This document shows positions 58,172-64,000 of a DNA stretch of 64,000 nt, in pieces. Position 1 is the stretch's first letter; each line of letters opens with the position of its first letter. Under the pieces are notes generated by a model that did not search any database, was not told the origin of the DNA, and worked only from the letters and a program-made list of their open reading frames with translations. The DNA is from Eubacteriales bacterium (GTDB taxonomy: Bacteria > Bacillota > Clostridia > Oscillospirales > CAG-382): the NCBI GenBank assembly GCA_045600105.1, contig JAZRXG010000005.1, forward strand, positions 25,939-89,938. Direction: 5' to 3'. A program made the position numbers and the translations under genes.

Positions 58172-59353
58172 TTACAAAGATTCCATTTTCAAAAAATCGC
58201 ATAGCTTTATATGTTGGACTGTGCTGGTGGAATAATCAAGTTCATCATTGCTGATGAGTATTTTTCGGCAGGAATTATCCATATTATTCAGTGCTTTGAA
58301 TTCACGGTTATACGCCTTTTCCTCCGCAACGGACAAAGCCACCTGTATATAATACTGTTTATTTTCTTTTATGGCAACGAAGTCGATTTCTTCTTTTCCG
58401 TTGAAATAAACCTGTAAGGAATACCCCATATATACAAGCTCATTATAGACTATATTTTCAAGATTATGAGAAAGGTCAAACCTGCCGTTCGTGCAGCGTA
58501 TTGAATTCAGGCAAACGTCTTCGTCGTACGTCTTCTGATAATAGTTCAATTCACGCTTTGCTTTGCCGGAATAAAGCCGTACCGTTTCAATCGCAAACGC
58601 CTCTTCCAAATAGCCGAGATACTTTGTGACAGTCGTTACAGAGCAAGGAAATCCATTTGATTTCAGGTAATCGTTGATAGATCTTGCGGAAAATACTCTT
58701 GCGTTGGAAATGAGAACATAATTTGCGATTTTACGGAACGTATCCGTTTTTCGGATGCCATATCGATTGATGATATCATTGATGATAATCGTTTCGTTCA
58801 AATCGTTCAAATATATTTTTTGTGCTTCCGTACCGTCAAATTCAAGTCGTTTCGGAAATCCGCCCCAAACGAGATAATCGGTAACCGACACATATTTGCC
58901 GAGTTCTTCGGCGTATTCACAAAGCTCTTTATACACAAAAGGACGAACGCGAAAAGCAACATATCTTCCCGAAAGTTCTTTTGTGAATTCCTTTGATAAA
59001 AGTTTTGAATTAGAACCGCTGATAAAAACAGAGCAGTCATGAAGTCGTATGGTACGGCAGGCAACCGCCCAATCTTTAACACGTTGAACTTCATCGAGGA
59101 ACACATAACATTTCCCGCTTTTTCTGTGCTCATCGACATAATTTATCAGTGAAACCGCGTCAGGCAGCGTCATCAAAACGGAAGCGTCTTCAAAATCAAG
59201 ATCAATAATGTTATTCGTTTTCGCTTTTATCTCAGACAAAATTTCGTCAAGAATCACTGATTTTCCGCAGCGTCGTATTCCCGTAATAATTTTGATCAAA
59301 TCGCTATCGTAAAAATCACGAACAGGGGCAATATAATGCTCTCTGTAAATCAT
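58172..59353 (-). CDS. AAA-family ATPase with DUF4143-type C-terminal domain (COG1373-like)
   Basis: 393 aa, Walker A GIRRCGKS, Walker B VFLDEVQ, C-terminal nuclease-fold-like region typical of AAA_14/DUF4143 proteins. Confidence 0.75.
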   Translation of the reverse strand: MIYREHYIAPVRDFYDSDLIKIITGIRRCGKSVILDEILSEIKAKTNNIIDLDFEDASVLMTLPDAVSLINYVDEHRKSGKCYVFLDEVQRVKDWAVACRTIRLHDCSVFISGSNSKLLSKEFTKELSGRYVAFRVRPFVYKELCEYAEELGKYVSVTDYLVWGGFPKRLEFDGTEAQKIYLNDLNETIIINDIINRYGIRKTDTFRKIANYVLISNARVFSARSINDYLKSNGFPCSVTTVTKYLGYLEEAFAIETVRLYSGKAKRELNYYQKTYDEDVCLNSIRCTNGRFDLSHNLENIVYNELVYMGYSLQVYFNGKEEIDFVAIKENKQYYIQVALSVAEEKAYNREFKALNNMDNSCRKILISNDELDYSTSTVQHIKLCDFLKMESL

Positions 59354-59375
59354 AAAAGTATTTCACCTCGAAAGC

Positions 59376-59404
59376 AGTATATCACAAGCAAAGCAAAAAG
59401 TCAA
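59376..59404 (-). promoter_or_regulatory. Putative sigma-A promoter of the ATPase gene
   Basis: Minus strand: TTGACT (59404-59399), 17-nt spacer, TGATATACT (TATACT 59381-59376), then RBS GAGGTG. Confidence 0.5.
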
Positions 59405-59496
59405 CAAAATCATTCATTACTAATGGACAATATTGCAAATATTAAAAAATCGTCCAATATGCAATATGCTTTTCTGCGGCAGAAAAATGACTGATG

Positions 59497-59548
59497 CTCA
59501 AGCGTTCTTGTCGCGGCTCTTGAAAACAAGAGAAAATATCACGGCGAA
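59497..59548. repeat. 52-bp direct repeat, copy B (authentic 3' end of spoVAE)
   Basis: Covers the stop codon (59498-59500) and the last 16 codons of spoVAE. Confidence 0.9.
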
Positions 59549-59857
59549 CGAGACCGCCGCCGTTATCCCCGCGGAAGTTGCCGAAAGCCCTCCGGTGAGT
59601 ACGCCGAAAAGTCCGTTTTCGTCAACGGCGTCCTTCACCCCGTTCGCGAGCAGATAGCCGAATCCGGTGAGCGGCACCGTCGCGCCCGAAGACGCGAAAG
59701 AGACGAGTTTTCCGTAAACGCCGACTCCCGTCAGAACGACTCCGGCGCAGACGTAGGCAACAAGTATCCTTGCCGGCGTGAGTTTGGTCTTGTCGACGAG
59801 GATCTGGGCTGCGACGCAGAAAGCGCCGCCGACGAGAAAAGCACGCAGATATTCCAT
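59498..59857 (-). CDS. spoVAE: Stage V sporulation protein AE
   Basis: 119 aa from ATG 59857 (GGAG RBS; overlaps the spoVAD stop as TAATG). MEYLRAFLVGGAFCVAAQILVD...GATVPLTGFG is typical of SpoVAE/SpoVAC-fold membrane proteins. Confidence 0.85.
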   Translation of the reverse strand: MEYLRAFLVGGAFCVAAQILVDKTKLTPARILVAYVCAGVVLTGVGVYGKLVSFASSGATVPLTGFGYLLANGVKDAVDENGLFGVLTGGLSATSAGITAAVSFAVIFSLVFKSRDKNA

Positions 59858-60279
59858 TATACACACTCCAGTTCGATAAGATGCGCCGTCGCGGGGATGG
59901 GCAGCTTCTGCAGCACCGTACGCGGCGAAAGCAAAGCACCCGTGCCGACGAGCAGCATCCTTTTTATTTCTTTTTTCACTATCTTCGGCAGAAAATACGC
60001 CGCGGTCACCGCCGCCGAGCAGCCGCAGCCCGAGCCGCCCGAGTGGACGTCCTGTTTTTTCGCGTCGTAAATGAGCACGCCGCAGTCGGTGAGGACCGCC
60101 GTTCTGTCAAAACCGCTCCTGTCAAGCAGCTCGCGTGCTATCTCAAGCCCCTCTTCCCCGAGGTCGCCCGTGGCGATGACGTCGTACGCCGACGGCACTT
60201 CACCCGTGTCGGCAAAAAAACGCAGTATGGTGTCAACAGCGGCAGGGGAAAATGTCAAGGGTAGACGATAAAAATTCAC
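59857..60279 (-). pseudogene. spoVAD: Stage V sporulation protein AD, C-terminal ~135 codons only (gene split by an inserted element)
   Basis: PAAVDTI...YDVIATGDLG...SGGSGCGCSA...GTGALLSP matches the last ~40% of SpoVAD (~338 aa in B. subtilis). The first few codons of the track ORF (MNFYRLP) are junction read-through. Homology and GC content break at ~60262. Confidence 0.8.
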
Positions 60280-60399
60280 AAATTGTTAAAATTCCTTTAT
60301 TTATGCGGGTTTCCGGACTTTTTATATGGGTGCCGCTATGGGTGGGTTACTGTTAAGTTTAAACCATAAGACGAAAATCGGGGCATTTTTGCTTCCAAA

Positions 60400-60436
60400 A
60401 GCAAAAAATCGGAGGCATCACACCTCTGATTTTTTG
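60400..60436 (-). terminator. Bidirectional Rho-independent terminator after the kinase gene
   Basis: ATCGGAGG-7 nt-CCTCTGAT (60408-60430) is flanked by A-run/T-run on both sides. An additional hairpin TTTTTGCTT/AAGCAAAAA lies at 60386-60407. Confidence 0.6.
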
Positions 60437-60465
60437 TATTTCCGCAGTATTTTACCCGTCGGAAA

Positions 60466-61290
60466 TCACAACGAAAACAATTTTTGCCTTTCCAAAATGC
60501 ACTCTTCTACCCGATCAAGTATCAAATCTCTGTCCCTTTTGGGGTAATAATCGAGAAGCGGTTTCACTCTGTCCGCGATTTCCACCCGGTCATATTTCCT
60601 GATTTTCAGTATCGGGCCTGTCAATCCTCTCGCCGTATTCATCTGTCTTGTAAAAGACGTTCCCATCGGTCTTGCGATCGATTTTTTTATGAGCGCCTTC
60701 GGCGCTATGTCAAAGGGCAAAAAGCTCACACCCGAAAGAAGTCCCGCTCCGTTGTCGAAAATGGGGCAATAGGAATATCCACCGTCTTTTTCTATAACGG
60801 CTATGTTGTTCAGGTGTCTGTCGTCATTCAAAAAAAGCGAGTCCACTTCAAAAATCAAGGTGAGATACTTCGGAAAATCCGTAAGTCCCGTGATTTCCGC
60901 CGTAGTGTTTGCCAAATACTCAACTCTTTTTTTGTCGCTTGTAAATTTCATCAGTTTTTCTTTCAAAGGACAGCCCAGATAAAGAGTCAGCAATCTGTTG
61001 AGCGTAACGATGGATTCTCCGTCTTTCAGAAAATTTCCGCTGACGCAGCCCGTTCTGTCTCTGCCGTGAACACGAAAACGCGTCATGCCGTACCGAACAA
61101 ACGTGAACGGCGTATCCGTTTCGATATTGCTGTCTTCCAAAAATTCGGAAATGACCGTTTCGGCAAGGCTTTCGTAACCGAATTGATCGAGCTTGTACCA
61201 GCAGTCGGTTTCTTTGTCGTACCATTTTTCCTGATTTCCTTTTGACGAGGTTTCGGCTATTTTTTCATCGGAAACAAGTTTTATCTCCAT
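60466..61290 (-). CDS. HipA-family Ser/Thr kinase-like protein, core domain only
   Basis: 274 aa from ATG 61290 (GGGAGG RBS; TGATG overlap with the upstream gene). Motifs are KGNQEKW (ATP loop-like), NDDRHLNNIAV (catalytic loop-like) and IFDNGAG (Mg-binding-like). Confidence 0.7.
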   Translation of the reverse strand: MEIKLVSDEKIAETSSKGNQEKWYDKETDCWYKLDQFGYESLAETVISEFLEDSNIETDTPFTFVRYGMTRFRVHGRDRTGCVSGNFLKDGESIVTLNRLLTLYLGCPLKEKLMKFTSDKKRVEYLANTTAEITGLTDFPKYLTLIFEVDSLFLNDDRHLNNIAVIEKDGGYSYCPIFDNGAGLLSGVSFLPFDIAPKALIKKSIARPMGTSFTRQMNTARGLTGPILKIRKYDRVEIADRVKPLLDYYPKRDRDLILDRVEECILERQKLFSL

Positions 61291-61823
61291 CAAAGTACCT
61301 CCCATTCAAGATGAATGCCGTCTTCAGCCATAACGCCCTTCGTTTTTTTGATAATTTCGATCGGCTCATATGAATCTATTCCAAGCGCATCCAGATAATC
61401 TCTGATACCCGCACGACTTTCCGGAACGCAGCGTTCTGCAAGAAAACTTTCATAATCCGAAAAATCGGGTTTTTCGTTATTTCCGAAAGGCGTTTTCACC
61501 ATATTTTCCGTATGATCTTCGTGTTTCACCGTTTTGTCGGTATAGTCGGCACAAACGGACGAACAAAAATTACCACCGTCAAAAATGTTGAGCCTGACGA
61601 GCTTGTGACCGAGCTGCTTTTTGTTTTCGATAAATTCGCTTAAGTTTTCCCGCGGTTTGACCGTAATGCTTTTTCCGTCAAAGGATAAATCTATATCATT
61701 ATTCACAAGTTCCAATTCATTCACCCATTTTGACGGTATTGTTATTTTGTAAGTTTTTGAATTTTTTCCGGCATTACCGCCGGCTTTCCCGACGATCAGT
61801 TTTGTATTTCTCGTTTCCATCAT
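61290..61823 (-). CDS. Kinase partner protein: AbrB/MazE-like N-terminal DNA-binding domain fused to a HipA-N-terminal-like region
   Basis: 177 aa. The N-terminal KTYKITIPSKWVNELEL...SITVKP is swapped-hairpin-like. The C-terminal FLAERCVPESRAGIRDYLDALGID...GVMAEDGIHL resembles, from memory, the LLPEG..R...LGI...D..GA signature of the HipA N-terminal region. Confidence 0.5.
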   Translation of the reverse strand: MMETRNTKLIVGKAGGNAGKNSKTYKITIPSKWVNELELVNNDIDLSFDGKSITVKPRENLSEFIENKKQLGHKLVRLNIFDGGNFCSSVCADYTDKTVKHEDHTENMVKTPFGNNEKPDFSDYESFLAERCVPESRAGIRDYLDALGIDSYEPIEIIKKTKGVMAEDGIHLEWEVL

Positions 61824-61838
61824 ATCATCACCGATAAT

Positions 61839-61867
61839 ACTATATCATATTCGTAACGAATAGTCAA
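61839..61867 (-). promoter_or_regulatory. Putative sigma-A promoter with an embedded palindromic operator for the partner/kinase operon
   Basis: Minus strand: TTGACT (61867-61862), 17-nt spacer, TGATATAGT (TATAGT 61844-61839). The spacer contains the perfect 13-nt palindrome ATTCGTAACGAAT (61849-61861). Confidence 0.55.
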
Positions 61868-61893
61868 GGCTTTTCAATACGCACGCAAAGATA

Positions 61894-61925
61894 CGGCTGA
61901 TCTGACGCCGTGCTCGGATCAGCCG
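61894..61925 (-). terminator. Hairpin downstream of the recombinase gene (weak terminator)
   Basis: 9-bp stem CGGCTGATC/GATCAGCCG with a 14-nt loop and a poor U-tract. Confidence 0.35.
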
Positions 61926-61933
61926 CAATTTCT

Positions 61934-63631
61934 TTACGCCGTTCTGGCGATTTCTTTGTTCAGTTCGATATACTCGATGACTTGCTTATACGCATCCTTG
62001 AACTTTAAGTCGATTTCGATTTTGTTGCCTTCGAAGACACGTATCTCCTGCACCAGTTCCACGAGCATGGCTCGAGTCAGGGTATCAAAATTGCCGTACT
62101 TTTTGAAATGAGTTATGAACTCGTTTTCCGCGCTGATCCCTTTTTCGATCTCGGCGGCGTTCTTTTCGAGGTTGGCGATCATCGCGTCAAGAGATGCGAT
62201 CTTCTCGCTCATATTCGCTTTGATGAGCATATATTCTTCCTGCGAAATAACGCCGGCTTTCCAGTCGGGGTACAGATCCACCATATTCCGCACCAGCCTA
62301 TCACGTTCCGCCTGCTGTGTTTTCAAAAGCTTCTGAACGTGGTTCGATTCTTTTTTGCGTACGGGACTGTCGTTGATCTTTTGCAGGACTTCATCCAGCG
62401 ACACCACCGTCCGGACTACGGTCTGCAGGTACACAAGCACCGCTTGTTCCAGCTTGTCGATGCGGATGGAATGATTCGTGCAGGCACCGTTATGCATTTT
62501 TCGCGCAGTCGTGCAACGGTAATACCCGTAAACGCCGTAGGCGTGATTATTGAATTTCCGATTCATTGCACGGTGACACGAGCCGCATTTGATCAGTCCC
62601 GCAAACAGATACACGTTCTTATTGTTCGGCGCTTTGCGGATGTTCCGGTTGAAAAGCGACTGCACCTTATCGAAGGTGTCACGGTCGATGATCGGCTCGT
62701 GCGTTCCTTCGACGCGGTACCATTCATCTTTCGGAACGGCTTTCGCACGCTGATCTTTGTAACTGATATTGCGGTTTTTCCCCTGCACCATCGTGCCGGT
62801 GTACATTTCGTTCGTGAGGATACGCCGCACCGACGTGTCGGGCCACAAGCCGTCATCGGCGGCTCCGACAGGGTGCTTGTAGTTCAGTCCTTTCAGTTTC
62901 TTATACATCGACGGATTCGGGATGCCCATTTCGTTCAGATCTTTGGCAATGCCGACAATGCTCTCGCCGCCGATATATTTTTCAAAAATCAATTTTACCG
63001 TAGGCGCCGCATCCTCGTCGATGATCAGTTTATGATGATCTTCGGGATCTTTCATATAGCCGTACGTCGGGAACGAGCCGATGAATTTTCCCTGCTGGCG
63101 GTTGACGTTAAGCGTACCGCGCACGTTCACCGACGTGGTCGCCGCCACGCTTTCGTTGATGACGTTGGTGACGCCGAGCGTGATGCACTGCGTTGCCGCG
63201 CTCATATTATTTGAAAAGGTATCATAACCGTTGTTCAGTGCGATGAAGCGCACGCCCAGACGTGCAAATTCATTCGTTATCAGCTCGCCGCCCTGCGAAT
63301 AGTTACGTCCGAAACGGGAAAGGTCTTTGACGATCACGCAGTTGACACGTCCGGCGTTGATATCCTCCATCATTCTCGTGAAATCCGGTCGGTCGAAATT
63401 CGTTCCCGACCAACCGTCATCCACGTAGAAATCGTAGAAGGTGATATCGGGGTGCAGTTTGAGATATTCCTTGAGGATCTCACGCTGTGAAACGACGGAG
63501 TTGCTTTCTCCCGCCATCTCGTCTTCACGGGAAAGACGAATATAAAGAGCAGCCGTCCAAGTCCGCAAACTTTGAGAAGGCTGCCCCAAATAGTCAGAAT
63601 ATTTTACATTTGACATTATGCTTGCCTCCAT
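61934..63631 (-). CDS. Large serine recombinase (resolvase N-terminal domain, recombinase domain, zinc ribbon, coiled coil)
   Basis: 565 aa. Has a catalytic-Ser region AALYIRLSREDE, VKDLSRFGRN, the zinc ribbon CGSCHRAM...YYRCTT...GACTNH, and a long C-terminal coiled coil. The start may be ATG 63616. Confidence 0.9.
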   Translation of the reverse strand: MEASIMSNVKYSDYLGQPSQSLRTWTAALYIRLSREDEMAGESNSVVSQREILKEYLKLHPDITFYDFYVDDGWSGTNFDRPDFTRMMEDINAGRVNCVIVKDLSRFGRNYSQGGELITNEFARLGVRFIALNNGYDTFSNNMSAATQCITLGVTNVINESVAATTSVNVRGTLNVNRQQGKFIGSFPTYGYMKDPEDHHKLIIDEDAAPTVKLIFEKYIGGESIVGIAKDLNEMGIPNPSMYKKLKGLNYKHPVGAADDGLWPDTSVRRILTNEMYTGTMVQGKNRNISYKDQRAKAVPKDEWYRVEGTHEPIIDRDTFDKVQSLFNRNIRKAPNNKNVYLFAGLIKCGSCHRAMNRKFNNHAYGVYGYYRCTTARKMHNGACTNHSIRIDKLEQAVLVYLQTVVRTVVSLDEVLQKINDSPVRKKESNHVQKLLKTQQAERDRLVRNMVDLYPDWKAGVISQEEYMLIKANMSEKIASLDAMIANLEKNAAEIEKGISAENEFITHFKKYGNFDTLTRAMLVELVQEIRVFEGNKIEIDLKFKDAYKQVIEYIELNKEIARTA

Positions 63632-63679
63632 AATTTATTTTTTACAGAGGCGATATGCGATCAACACTTTACGGTTCGT

Positions 63680-63708
63680 ATTATACCATATCGCCTCCGT
63701 TTTTGCAA
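63680..63708 (-). promoter_or_regulatory. Putative sigma-A promoter of the recombinase gene
   Basis: Minus strand: TTGCAA (63708-63703), 17-nt spacer, TGGTATAAT (TATAAT 63685-63680). It is overlapped by the 11-bp inverted repeat GAGGCGATATG/CATATCGCCTC (63647-63657 and 63687-63697). Confidence 0.5.
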
Positions 63709-63738
63709 TAAATTTCTCAAAAATATGCGATGGCAATT

Positions 63739-63990
63739 TTATCCCGTCTGAAAAACGGCGGCAATGGCATCCGTTACCGTCTTTCCGTCTCCGTATTTTA
63801 CCCTGACGGTAATATCGCCCACCTTGAAAAGATACGGGTCTCCTACCTGTCCCATAAAATCTTTGACACGCTCGACAACAGACTTGCTTGTGTCAACATT
63901 TATATTCCGCAAATCAACAAGGGAAGCGGTGTCGTGCGATGAAAAATCTGCCGCTTTGCCGATTGCGTTGGGCATAAGTGGGGCGTTCAA
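63739..63990 (-). CDS. Hypothetical small protein of the integrated element
   Basis: 83-aa ORF directly upstream of, and co-oriented with, the recombinase gene. No family assigned from sequence alone. Confidence 0.4.
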   Translation of the reverse strand: MNAPLMPNAIGKAADFSSHDTASLVDLRNINVDTSKSVVERVKDFMGQVGDPYLFKVGDITVRVKYGDGKTVTDAIAAVFQTG

Positions 63991-64000
63991 ATGTGCGATT

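Larger units (their letters stand above)
58019..59496. mobile_element. 1.48-kb lower-GC cassette carrying one ATPase gene, bounded by the 52-bp direct repeats
   Basis: Bounded by direct-repeat copies A and B. Composition drops by eye. Carries its own promoter. Internal 11-bp inverted repeats TGGACAATATT lie at 58149-58159 (reverse complement) and 59424-59434. No recombinase gene lies inside. Confidence 0.55.
60263..64000. mobile_element. Integrated element (prophage/ICE-like, partial) with large serine recombinase; continues past the window end
   Basis: Starts exactly where spoVAD homology ends and has lower GC by eye. Cargo is a HipA-like pair, a 565-aa serine recombinase and a further minus-strand ORF. 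Confidence 0.7.

Noticed and set aside
60326-60547. 73-aa plus-strand ORF at the spoVAD/element junction
   Set aside because: It crosses two terminator hairpins and the 3' end of the kinase gene in antisense, and it has no RBS.

Overview
GC-rich (by eye roughly 58-62% GC, not computed) chromosomal segment from an endospore-forming Clostridia-type Firmicute. The evidence is spoIIIAA-AE, a yabM-mazG-yabO-yabP-yabQ-divIC-yabR-like block, and spoVAD/spoVAE. Positions 1-52.9 kb are tightly packed, mostly minus-strand housekeeping genes: tsaE/tsaB, rpiB, groES/EL, hpf, hup, relA, dtd, recJ, cdaA/cdaR, rdgB, ftsY, smc, rnc, plsX, topA, dprA, prmC and tex. A small glycan-related patch sits among them (Gfo/Idh/MocA oxidoreductase, TIM-barrel isomerase, DUF4965 glutaminase-like protein, GH20 hexosaminidase). 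The last ~11 kb is an accessory hot spot with three separate lower-GC insertions. (i) At 53.4-55.1 kb, an XRE regulator plus three small envelope proteins are bracketed by ~70-bp direct repeats, next to a truncated FAD-oxidoreductase gene. (ii) At 58.0-59.5 kb, a single AAA/DUF4143 ATPase gene is bracketed by a 52-bp duplication of the spoVAE 3' end. (iii) From ~60.26 kb to the window edge, an element with a large serine recombinase splits spoVAD and carries a HipA-like kinase with an unusual AbrB-like/HipA-N-like fused partner; I consider this pair the best candidate for an undescribed system. Two unclassified repeat families were also found: a mosaic terminator-hairpin family (4 sites), and a ~170-nt structured element present twice with compensatory stem changes, each copy directly upstream of a gene start. 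No rRNA, tRNA or CRISPR array was seen. All protein calls rest on motifs and family resemblance recognised by eye; no database search was possible.
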